IMG/VR virus record: IMGVR_UViG_3300045988_087795 | Length of the DNA stretch: 60,937 bases | DNA from: a virus | Reading direction: 5' to 3' (one strand) | Shown here: positions 7,252-14,608 of the stretch, piece by piece | Layout: each line of letters starts with the position of its first letter | Position numbering within the stretch: the first letter of the stretch is position 1 | Made by a program: the position numbers and the translations under genes | The notes under the pieces: model-generated | The model's database searches: none | What the model saw: only the letters and a program-made list of their open reading frames with translations | What the model was told of the DNA's origin: nothing

Positions 7252-8340
7252 TCACGGTTTCTTTTCCTCCGGGGAGGCCAGAGCTTCCAGGCGGTCCGCG
7301 ACGTTGTTTGTTCGATCCGGGTACAGGTGGGCGTAGGTGCCGAGCGTTGTCGAAATTTTTTCGTGCCCAAGGCGCTGCTGCACCAGAAGGGCGTCCGTGC
7401 CCATGTTGATAAGCAGGGAGGCATGGGAGTGCCGTATATCGTGCACTCGAATGACCTTCACGCCGGTGCGCTGGCAGCAGCGCTCCAACTGTTCCTTTAG
7501 CCAGTATTTGGTGCATTCAAACAGGCGTTCTTCCGGTTGGTATTCGTAGAGCTTGGCGGCGTATTCCCGAATGATTTCCAGCAAGAAATCCGGCACTGTA
7601 ATGAACCGCTTGGAACGGCGGGTTTTCGGGTCTGAAATGACGTCCTCGCCATTCAGGCGGGCGTAGGAGTGCCGCACAAAAATGCCCTTCCGTTCAAAAT
7701 CCACATCGGCCAGGGTGAGGGCCAGCAGTTCGCCTTCCCGCATACCGGTCCAAAACAAAATGTTGAACGCAGCGTATGCCGTAGGATCTGACATTCCGGC
7801 AATGAACTTCTGAAATTCTTCCAGCGTCCAGAACTGCATTTCTTCGGCGCTACTTTTGCCCATGGACCCGGCCAGGGAAACGGGGTTTTCTTTCAGGCCG
7901 TAATATTTCCCGGCGAACCGAAACAGGGCGCTCATTTGGTTGTTGATGGTTTTCAGGTAGGTGGCAGAATACGGCTTTCCGTTCTTGTCCCTGGCGTCGA
8001 TCAGGTGATTTTGCCAAGCGCGAATTGACGAAACCGATACTTCATCCACAAGCTGATCCTTGAAGTAGGGGAGGATCTTCGTTTCAAAGATCCATTGCTT
8101 CATTTCGTAGGTGGTGGGCCGGAGCCTGGTCTTTGCATCTGCCATGTAGAGCTCCACCAGGGAACCGAATTTCATTTTTGTGGTGAGTGAGCTTTTCGCC
8201 AGGTATTCGCGCTCGTAAGCCAGGGCATCCGCCCGGCGAGCAAAGCAGCTTTTCTTTATTTGCTTCCGCTTACCGGTCCAGTCCGTAACGCGGAAGATGC
8301 AATACCATTCGCCGGTTTTCTGGTTTTTATATGCAGGCAT
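7252..8340 (-). CDS. int: Tyrosine recombinase / phage integrase with an N-terminal arm-binding domain
   Basis: C-terminal VHDIRHSHASLLI...LGHEKISTTLGTYAHLY (R, HxxR and Y). N-terminal AYKNQKTGEWYCIFRV. Start chosen at MPAYKN, with ggagg 7 nt upstream. Confidence 0.9.
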   Translation of the reverse strand: MPAYKNQKTGEWYCIFRVTDWTGKRKQIKKSCFARRADALAYEREYLAKSSLTTKMKFGSLVELYMADAKTRLRPTTYEMKQWIFETKILPYFKDQLVDEVSVSSIRAWQNHLIDARDKNGKPYSATYLKTINNQMSALFRFAGKYYGLKENPVSLAGSMGKSSAEEMQFWTLEEFQKFIAGMSDPTAYAAFNILFWTGMREGELLALTLADVDFERKGIFVRHSYARLNGEDVISDPKTRRSKRFITVPDFLLEIIREYAAKLYEYQPEERLFECTKYWLKEQLERCCQRTGVKVIRVHDIRHSHASLLINMGTDALLVQQRLGHEKISTTLGTYAHLYPDRTNNVADRLEALASPEEKKP

Positions 8341-8392
8341 GAGACCCCTCCATTTGCTGCTTTTCAACAGCTTTCCACAAAGTTTTCAACAA

Positions 8393-8436
8393 GTAACGCG
8401 GGTAACGCGTTGGTAACGCTTGCGGTAACGCGTTAC
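8393..8436. repeat. Four GTAACGC(G) units, the last a GTAACGCGTTAC palindrome
   Basis: Copies at 8393, 8402, 8413 and 8425..8436. Confidence 0.75.
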
Positions 8437-8558
8437 TGATAAAAAGTTGAAAACACGGATTTCATGTTGAAAGTGAATTTTCTTCACAGGGATAGAATTT
8501 CAAAAACTGACGAACAAACGAAAGAAAAAGGCTCAACAAATTTTCAACATTCGCACCC

Positions 8559-8583
8559 GGTAACGCGTTGTCAACGCGTTACC
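8559..8583. promoter_or_regulatory. Perfect 11-bp inverted repeat ggtaacgcgtt-gtc-aacgcgttacc (protein-binding-site candidate)
   Basis: 8559..8569 is the reverse complement of 8573..8583. Confidence 0.7.
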
Positions 8584-8699
8584 ACCCAGAAAATGCAGTT
8601 TTCAACAGACAAAACAAAACGGAACAACGACAAAAAACGATTCCTTCAACGCGGTTTTCAACGGCATAAGCTGCCGCATTCTTCCCCCTAACAACCCCT

Positions 8700-8790
8700 A
8701 TCTTACATCCATGTATATCTAGAATATCTAACTTAATCTTAGATATTATTATCTTAGATATAGCTTAATAATATAATATATAGCTTATAG
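8700..8790. repeat. AT-rich island with short direct repeats
   Basis: atcttagatat at 8736 and 8751, and atatagctta twice, in an otherwise GC-rich genome. Confidence 0.7.
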
Positions 8791-8955
8791 GTTAGATTGA
8801 GAGGCGGACGTTTGCGCGGCGCCACGAAGACATGGCGCAGACCTTTTTCGTGACATGACGAAAATGGTCCGGCAGTTGCTTACAACTTGACAGCAGCTTG
8901 GAAAATGAGTTCAACCCGTGCGATCCGAAAAGTTGAACTTGATGCAGGAAAACGC

Positions 8956-9039
8956 GCGGAAATAGCCTATTTTTGTGATTGAATACGCGCAAAACGTGCG
9001 GAATTGGCCTGTTTTTGTGATTGAATGCGCGCAAAGCGT
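8956..9039. repeat. 42-bp tandem direct repeat, two copies
   Basis: gcggaaatagcctatttttgtgattgaatacgcgcaaaacgt versus gcggaattggcctgtttttgtgattgaatgcgcgcaaagcgt, 5 mismatches. Confidence 0.85.
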
Positions 9040-9180
9040 GCAATAGCGCGAGAAAAAACGCGCGGCGCGCGAATAACGCCCAGGGCGGCCGTTTAACTTG
9101 CCGGTAACTTGCCAGAGCGACGCCAGAAGCCCCAGGGAAGCCCTGTCGTGGCCTTTTACAAACCGATGCGGAAAACTAGA

Positions 9181-9233
9181 CAAAGAAAAACAAAACGCCC
9201 ACAAGGCCGCTTTCCGACGGTCTGGTGGGCGTT
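9181..9233 (-). terminator. Terminator of the minus-strand lysogeny operon
   Basis: aacgcccac (9194..9202) pairs with gtgggcgtt (9225..9233). On the minus strand a T-rich run follows. Confidence 0.7.
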
Positions 9234-9238
9234 GCTTT

Positions 9239-9883
9239 TTACTGCACGACGGAGCTATCAACCCAGAGGCCGGAAACTTCGCCCGCCATTTCTTCGGCAC
9301 CGATGGAGCCAGAAGCAATTTTGGAAATGAGAGCGGAATCGAGCGAGAAGCTCAAAAACTTGTTGTCGCTGGCTGGATTCACGGCCCAGTAATCAATGGC
9401 CTTGCAAGCATCAAAGCCGTGGTTCAAGACTAGATCCTGGACGGATTCAAAGGCCCGGCTTTCCGAATTGCTGACCGGGAAGGCCTGAACCTTCACCACG
9501 ATCTGGCCGTCGCAGGCGCCGCCAACGGTGAGACTTTCAATTTCGCCATAGGACAGCGAAAGCCCCGGAGTATAGACCTTTCTGCCGGTGCGGCTTGTTG
9601 TGAGAGCGCTTGCGTCGAGCATGAAGGGCTCTGCTTCCGATACGGCAGCGGAAAGAGAGGCGGCAATACTTTCCGAGGACTCGGAAGAAGCAGGGGCGGC
9701 AGAACTGGAAACGCTTTCGGAAGTCGCAACGCTTGAAACGACAGAAACCGAAGACGCGGCCGCCTTGTTGCGATATTTGCCGCTGTACTTGATGATGCTA
9801 TAAGCACACATGGCGAGAAAGATTAAAAGGCAGATTCCGCAAAATTTCAGAATGCCCTTCAAGATTCGTTTTAGCGTGTTCAT
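9239..9883 (-). CDS. Membrane-anchored Ser-rich-linker protein co-transcribed with the repressor (candidate superinfection-exclusion protein)
   Basis: N-terminal TM helix (FCGICLLIFLAMCAY), a Ser/Ala linker, then a ~130-aa domain. Position is between cI and int. Confidence 0.55.
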   Translation of the reverse strand: MNTLKRILKGILKFCGICLLIFLAMCAYSIIKYSGKYRNKAAASSVSVVSSVATSESVSSSAAPASSESSESIAASLSAAVSEAEPFMLDASALTTSRTGRKVYTPGLSLSYGEIESLTVGGACDGQIVVKVQAFPVSNSESRAFESVQDLVLNHGFDACKAIDYWAVNPASDNKFLSFSLDSALISKIASGSIGAEEMAGEVSGLWVDSSVVQ

Positions 9884-9927
9884 GCTTTCCTCCCTGGGCA
9901 GCTTGCCCTTTCACTTCCGAAACCAAA

Positions 9928-10365
9928 TCAGCCCGCAGCGGAGGAGTTCTCTTCTGAGGCGTTCTTCTCCGCGATTGCCACGTTTTGCGGCGTGGTGCTG
10001 TCCGGCAGTTCTTTCAACGCTTGGATATACCCCATGAGCCGGTCGAGCTGCCGATCTGACAGGTTATGCAGTTCGCCGGTTATGGCGACCTCCGCCGGGC
10101 GCTGGGCGACAGCAGAGGCGGCGGGCATTTTGCTTTTTGGCTCCCGGCTGTCCGTTGCGCCGAGAAGGTAGTCCACCGAAACACCAAAGACCATTGCAAT
10201 TTTAAGTTTGACTTCATCGCTTGGCACACGGGCCCCACCTTCGTATTGGGAAAGTGTTGTGTTCCCGACGTTGATTCGCTGGGCAAGTTCCCGTTGGGTC
10301 ATGCCAGCGGCAAGGCGCAGCTGTTTTATTTGGGCGCCGATTTTCGTTGACGTATTTTCCACCAC
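9928..10365 (-). CDS. CI-like repressor, XRE-family HTH
   Basis: IGAQIKQLRLAAGMTQRELAQRINVGNTTLSQYEGG. Divergent from a cro-like gene. Confidence 0.85.
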   Translation of the reverse strand: MVENTSTKIGAQIKQLRLAAGMTQRELAQRINVGNTTLSQYEGGARVPSDEVKLKIAMVFGVSVDYLLGATDSREPKSKMPAASAVAQRPAEVAITGELHNLSDRQLDRLMGYIQALKELPDSTTPQNVAIAEKNASEENSSAAG

Positions 10366-10382
10366 CTTCTCACTTTGAGAAT

Positions 10383-10391
10383 ATTATAGCA
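10383..10391 (-). promoter_or_regulatory. Extended -10 (TGCTATAAT) for the repressor transcript
   Basis: The reverse complement of attatagca is tgctataat. It lies about 18 nt from the GTG start, implying a very short leader. Confidence 0.45.
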
Positions 10392-10416
10392 CAGAGTTCT
10401 CTAACAGAAAGGGAAA

Positions 10417-10495
10417 TTCACAAAAAGAGAATTTTCCTCTTGACATTCACAGTTTGCAAAGTTATAATCAAGCCGTGGAGTTCACAAACTGTGAA
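10417..10495. promoter_or_regulatory. Three TTCACA-N3-TGTGAA-type operator-like sites
   Basis: ttcacaaaaagagaa (10417), ttcacagtttgcaaa (10446, inside the promoter spacer) and the perfect ttcacaaactgtgaa (10481). Confidence 0.55.
10440..10468 (+). promoter_or_regulatory. Consensus early rightward promoter
   Basis: TTGACA (10440..10445), 17-nt spacer, TATAAT (10463..10468). Confidence 0.75.
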
Positions 10496-10526
10496 ATTCA
10501 AACAGCAAACATTTGGAGGTGAAAAG

Positions 10527-10739
10527 ATGAACCGAACCATCGAGGAAGTCCGAAAGGCAAAGGGCTTCACGCAGGAACAGGTGGCGAAGGGCGTTGGAAT
10601 TGGCGCCTCGACATACTGCCAGTACGAAACCGGCCTGCGGGGAGTTCCCGCAGAGGTCGCAAACAAGATCGCTCGGTTCCTTGATGTGGAGGTCGGCGAA
10701 ATTTTTTTGCCGACGAAGTTCACAATTAGCAAACATTGA
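10527..10739 (+). CDS. Cro-like XRE-family HTH regulator
   Basis: ggagg RBS. VRKAKGFTQEQVAKGVGIGASTYCQYETG. Confidence 0.8.
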   Translation: MNRTIEEVRKAKGFTQEQVAKGVGIGASTYCQYETGLRGVPAEVANKIARFLDVEVGEIFLPTKFTISKH

Positions 10740-10763
10740 GGACGAGCGAGAGGAGGAACACAC

Positions 10764-11507
10764 ATGAACTTGTATGAAATTTCTGCAACGCTGGAAAACG
10801 GCGCAGTCCACAAGACGAAGATTTACGAGATCAACCAGGAACGGGCACTCAACCGGGCTTCCAAGTTCGCTTTGCAGTTTGACGCCACCGGCTGCGCGAA
10901 GAAAACGGTGCAGCTGATCCGGAAAAATGCCGGGGTTTCCAAAGATACGGAACGGGCTTTCCTGAACGAAATCAAGGAAATTCTGGAAGGTCTGGGCGAG
11001 AACAGCTATTGCGCAATGGCCTTTGAAGGCTGCGTGGAGGACGCCGAGGAGAACATCGACAACGATTTTGCAGTCAGCATGAAGGGCCGCTGGGAATCCG
11101 AGAAAAAGGCCCATGAAGAAACCCGTGAAGGCCTGATCGGCAAGCTGAACGACCGTATAAAGCGCGTTGCAGAGCTTGAAGCCGAAGTACAGAAGGCCCA
11201 TCAGATGGAGGCCCAGGCGCGGAAAGAGGCCGCAGAAGACAAAATCGCCCTGGAAAAGGCAAGGGGAAAGATCCTCCCGGACAACGTTGCCACAGAACTT
11301 ACCATTATGCTGCGGAAGCAGGCCGACGAAGCCGCCAAAGAAGCACTTTACTACGCGGACCGGATGGCGGCAGATGTTGAAAACTCCGTCCCCGCTGGTG
11401 CAGCCAACAGCGCAAAGTGCTTCCGCGAGTACCGCAAGGCCCAGGTTGATGCGCTGCGTCTGCTGGGTGCGCTGGGGAACATTGGAGGCCTGAAAGATGA
11501 CGATTGA
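10764..11507 (+). CDS. Hypothetical early protein with a coiled-coil segment
   Basis: gaggagg RBS. 247 aa. Confidence 0.6.
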   Translation: MNLYEISATLENGAVHKTKIYEINQERALNRASKFALQFDATGCAKKTVQLIRKNAGVSKDTERAFLNEIKEILEGLGENSYCAMAFEGCVEDAEENIDNDFAVSMKGRWESEKKAHEETREGLIGKLNDRIKRVAELEAEVQKAHQMEAQARKEAAEDKIALEKARGKILPDNVATELTIMLRKQADEAAKEALYYADRMAADVENSVPAGAANSAKCFREYRKAQVDALRLLGALGNIGGLKDDD

Positions 11508-11718
11508 CGAGCTCCGCACACTGCGCGGCCTTTCCATGACGAAGCTGTGCGATGCCGCAGGCCTTTCCATGGGAGCCATTTTCAGGTTGACCAGGCCGGG
11601 CGCTGACATTACCGGCGCCCGGTTGGAAACCCTTATGAAGCTGGCCGCCGGGCTGGATGCGGTAATCACCATTGACCCGGAAGGCGTGACAATAAGACCG
11701 AAGGAGGAAAACCGATGA
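11497..11718 (+). CDS. Small HTH-like DNA-binding protein
   Basis: LRGLSMTKLCDAAGLSMGAIFRL resembles an HTH. Overlaps both neighbours. Confidence 0.5.
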   Translation: MTIDELRTLRGLSMTKLCDAAGLSMGAIFRLTRPGADITGARLETLMKLAAGLDAVITIDPEGVTIRPKEENR

Positions 11719-11984
11719 AAATTACTTTTATGACCTTGCAGAAGGCCTCCATTGTGTGCCTGGGTGTGGGAATGTTCCTGGCCCTCGGTTCCGCTGGTAC
11801 GTTTGAAACGACCGGCGAAATCCAGACCGGCGTTTATGTGGCGGCGTTTGTGTTCCTGCTGGCTGCCGGGCTGCTTATGCGTTTGAGCTTTGCCCTCCAG
11901 GACTACGAGGAGAAGCAGCGCAAGATCCACAAGGCCCAGCGCGGCACCGTGAAGAAGCCAAGCACGAAGCGGAAGGCAGGCTGA
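11715..11984 (+). CDS. Two-TM membrane protein
   Basis: Hydrophobic segments IVCLGVGMFLALG and VYVAAFVFLLAAGLLM. ATGA overlap with the upstream gene. Confidence 0.55.
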   Translation: MKITFMTLQKASIVCLGVGMFLALGSAGTFETTGEIQTGVYVAAFVFLLAAGLLMRLSFALQDYEEKQRKIHKAQRGTVKKPSTKRKAG

Positions 11985-11986
11985 CC

Positions 11987-12280
11987 ATGTTTCACACAAC
12001 GGTGAAATGCGTGGACTGCGGCGCGCTTATGGTTGACGTGCCGAGCAATACAAAGCGCTGCGCCGTCTGCCGCGTGGGCCACAACAGGGAATCCGTTCGC
12101 AAGGCGAACGAGGCAGAGCGGGCTAGGCTGGCAGCGGAGGCCGCAAAGCCGAAGCCTCGGAACCTGGACGACGACCTGGAAGTCTTGAAGAAATACAACG
12201 AGCAGCGCCGGGCCGCAGGCCTTGAACCTTTGAGCTATGGCGTTTGGAGGTCCAGAGGGGCCCCGGAGGAATACGCATGA
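11987..12280 (+). CDS. Zinc-ribbon protein
   Basis: CVDCG...CAVC pairs. Confidence 0.55.
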   Translation: MFHTTVKCVDCGALMVDVPSNTKRCAVCRVGHNRESVRKANEAERARLAAEAAKPKPRNLDDDLEVLKKYNEQRRAAGLEPLSYGVWRSRGAPEEYA

Positions 12281-12561
12281 AAGAATTTGACAGCATCCGC
12301 GTTGTTGACAAGGGCGAGAGCGTTTCTTTTGAAATGACCGGCGACGTTGCAGAGGATCCGTATACGGCAATCATGTTTCTGTTCCGGGCAACTGCTGGTC
12401 TGATCGCGGCCATGATTAAGGACAACACGGACCCGCAGGAGGTGGCGGCGTCTTTCACAAAGGCGTTTACTGACTACATCGCCCAAGACATCCGGGACGA
12501 GCGGGAGCGCCGGGCGGAGGAGAAAGCAGGGAAAAAGGAGGCGGAACCGTGCGAAGGGTGA
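12277..12561 (+). CDS. Hypothetical protein, paralogue A
   Basis: ATGA overlap with the upstream gene. Similar to the next gene. Confidence 0.55.
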   Translation: MKEFDSIRVVDKGESVSFEMTGDVAEDPYTAIMFLFRATAGLIAAMIKDNTDPQEVAASFTKAFTDYIAQDIRDERERRAEEKAGKKEAEPCEG

Positions 12562-12803
12562 CAATCACCGAGAGAGAAGCCGAGTTCGGCTTCTATACCC
12601 CGCCGATGAAAGGCGGAATCCGGGACAGCGGCGAACTTGTGACGTTCCTTCTGGAAGCCGCCAAAGCTGTGATCGTGGGCACCGTGAAGGACGATGCAGA
12701 CCCTGACAAAGTGGCCCAGGAATTTGGCGCGCTGCTTTCCAGGAACATTGCAAGGACCATCCGGGAAAACCGGGAGAAAGCCAAAGGAGGCGAAAGGCAG
12801 TGA
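12549..12803 (+). CDS. Hypothetical protein, paralogue B (GTG start)
   Basis: aaggagg 8 nt upstream of the GTG. Shares the pattern F-L..A......KD..DP..VA..F......IA..IR..RE with paralogue A. Confidence 0.55.
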   Translation: MRRVTITEREAEFGFYTPPMKGGIRDSGELVTFLLEAAKAVIVGTVKDDADPDKVAQEFGALLSRNIARTIRENREKAKGGERQ

Positions 12804-12952
12804 TTCTTTTGTTTGCTGGCGGCCTGGTAGCTGGCGCCTGTGGCGGTTTCTTCGTGCCGGGCATGGTTTCCGCCGCCCGGTACGCAGACTGCAAGGACCG
12901 GCGGAACCGCCCGGAAGAAGACCGCTGGAAGGAGGAAGACCAGTGGCCGTAA
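12800..12952 (+). CDS. Possible 50-aa membrane peptide (not in the ORF track)
   Basis: GTGA overlap with the upstream stop. VILLFAGGLVAGACGGFFVPGMV followed by a charged tail. Confidence 0.3.
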   Translation: MILLFAGGLVAGACGGFFVPGMVSAARYADCKDRRNRPEEDRWKEEDQWP

Positions 12953-13596
12953 GCGAAACCTGGCGGGACGTGCCCGGCTATGGTGGCAAGTACCAGGCAA
13001 GCGACATGGGCCACATTGCAAACACCTTCTGGCACGGTCAGAAGCGCAAGAACGGCGGCCGCACGATTCTAACTCAATATAAGCGCAAACCGAGAGGAAA
13101 GGCCAAGTTACAGAGTGCGAAACGTTACGTCCACCTCACGGACCTGGAAGGGAACATGAGGGAATTTTCCGCCGCAAAGATCGTGGCAGAAACATTCCTG
13201 GGGCCAGTCCCAGCCGGAAAAGTGATTTTTCACAAAAACGGCAACCCGGCAGACAATTCAATTTGGAACCTGGCTTTCTGCACCCGGCAGGAATTAGGCC
13301 GCATGACCGGAGCGGACAGCTCCCGGCGGCCAGTGCTGAAATTCAGCGCCGCCGGTGAACTTCTGGAATGTTATTCCAGCGCCCGCCAGGCTGCCAAACA
13401 GAACTATTTCAGCTACCAGGCCATAATTGACCGGTGCAACGGCAAGTGCAAGCGGCATATTTTGGCCCCGGACGGCAACTATTACGCCTGGGACAACACC
13501 GTGAGCATAAACCGGGCCAGAAAGGATCTCCGGGCGCTGGCCCGGCAGGAAGGCCGGATATTTGCCCCGGCAAATTGGCCGTGGCCGTCTACCTAA
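12943..13596 (+). CDS. HNH homing-type endonuclease (NUMOD4 + HNH_3-like)
   Basis: WRDVPGYGGKYQASDMGHI and HKNGNPADNSIWNLAF. GTG start preceded by ggaaggagga. Confidence 0.8.
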   Translation: MAVSETWRDVPGYGGKYQASDMGHIANTFWHGQKRKNGGRTILTQYKRKPRGKAKLQSAKRYVHLTDLEGNMREFSAAKIVAETFLGPVPAGKVIFHKNGNPADNSIWNLAFCTRQELGRMTGADSSRRPVLKFSAAGELLECYSSARQAAKQNYFSYQAIIDRCNGKCKRHILAPDGNYYAWDNTVSINRARKDLRALARQEGRIFAPANWPWPST

Positions 13597-13624
13597 ATTT
13601 TACCATGAAAAGAGGTTTGAATAA

Positions 13625-14128
13625 ATGAGTAAATTTGCCACGAAAGCGGCCGACAGCCCTTTCTATTTGGCACGAATGGAGGCCTCAAAGGTCAATGACC
13701 GGCTTGCAAGCCGCGAGGGCGCGGCAGACGAAACAGGCATTGACCGCTCACGCATGGCCCGCGTGGAGCTGGGCAGCGCAAACCCGACGCCGGAAGAAGT
13801 GCTGCTGCTGGCTGACACTTACGACGCTCCGCAGCTCTTGAACTACTATTGCTCGATGTGCTGCCCGATTGGCCGCCAGAACGTGAAGCCCTGCGCCGTG
13901 CAGGAGTTCGACCGCGTTATGATGCAGGCACTTGCCGCCTTGCAGGGCACCGACAAAATCAGCGCCGCTATTATTTCCATTGCCCAGGACGGCCGCGTGG
14001 ACCCCGGCGAGGATGTGCAGATGGGCGAGATCCTGGCGTACATGAAGAACGTAGCGACGGCAGCAGAGGCAATGCAGCTTTGGATCAAAAAGAACCTGAA
14101 AGGAGAGGCCTGCAATGGCAAGAAGTAA
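13625..14128 (+). CDS. XRE-like HTH regulator with a C-terminal domain
   Basis: ETGIDRSRMARVELGSANPTPEEVLLLADTY. Confidence 0.5.
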   Translation: MSKFATKAADSPFYLARMEASKVNDRLASREGAADETGIDRSRMARVELGSANPTPEEVLLLADTYDAPQLLNYYCSMCCPIGRQNVKPCAVQEFDRVMMQALAALQGTDKISAAIISIAQDGRVDPGEDVQMGEILAYMKNVATAAEAMQLWIKKNLKGEACNGKK

Positions 14129-14312
14129 GAAAACCACCCGGGAGCCTTCCAAAATGGTGCGCGTTGACGAAGCGATGGAAATTTTGAGCGTTTCCAAGTC
14201 TACCGCCTACCACACCATCCAGAAGTTTAACAACGAGCTCCGCGCCAAGGGATACGAAGTGCCCCGGGGCCGCGTTCCTCGCAGCTATTTCATGCAGCGG
14301 TGCGGCTTATGA
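14115..14312 (+). CDS. Excisionase-family / MerR-like small DNA-binding protein
   Basis: VRVDEAMEILSVSKSTAYHTIQKFN...PRGRVPRSYF. Confidence 0.55.
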   Translation: MARSKKTTREPSKMVRVDEAMEILSVSKSTAYHTIQKFNNELRAKGYEVPRGRVPRSYFMQRCGL

Positions 14313-14545
14313 GTGAAGAAGAAACCAGAGAGCGCACCAGCGCGATTCTCGGCCGCCCTGTGAGCGATTCCGCATGGACGGAAGCCTGGGAGAAGGCCAA
14401 AAGAAAAATCCGCCATATCGCAGAGTTCTGCGGGTATGACGGATGCAGAGAGCGGCCCGGCTATATGGCGCAGCTTGCAGCGGAGTACATCCGCGAAGCG
14501 ACGTTTTCAGCCTGGACAATAAAGAGAGGGGCCGCCAAAAATTGA
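14309..14545 (+). CDS. Hypothetical protein
   Basis: ATG overlaps the upstream stop. Confidence 0.5.
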   Translation: MSEEETRERTSAILGRPVSDSAWTEAWEKAKRKIRHIAEFCGYDGCRERPGYMAQLAAEYIREATFSAWTIKRGAAKN

Positions 14546-14608
14546 CGACCCCAGAACACACACCAACAGTTTATCACGATTATTGCGAAAAATCAAGGAG
14601 GACACACA

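Larger units (their letters stand above)
8361..8662. repeat. Dispersed TTTTCAAC(A) motif array upstream of int
   Basis: Plus-strand copies at 8361, 8383, 8541, 8599 and 8655. An inverted copy (gttgaaaa) at 8446. Degenerate copies at 8466 and 8643. Confidence 0.7.

Noticed and set aside
8464-8691. 75-aa plus-strand ORF upstream of int
   Set aside because: Lys/Arg/Thr/Gln-rich low-complexity translation with no RBS. The region is better explained as a repeat-motif regulatory array.
8956-9039. Tandem 42-bp repeat as a CRISPR array
   Set aside because: Only two adjacent copies with no spacers between them, no cas genes, and imperfect copies.
8792-9318. Minus-strand ORFs 8792..9043 and 8911..9318
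   Set aside because: Their sequences merely translate the 42-bp tandem repeat (FNHKNR twice). They lie downstream of the operon terminator and have no RBS.
12694-12942. N-terminal 83-codon extension of the HNH ORF in the track
   Set aside because: Arg/Pro/Gly-rich and overlapping the paralogue B gene. A GTG with a strong ggaaggagga RBS sits just before the NUMOD4 motif.
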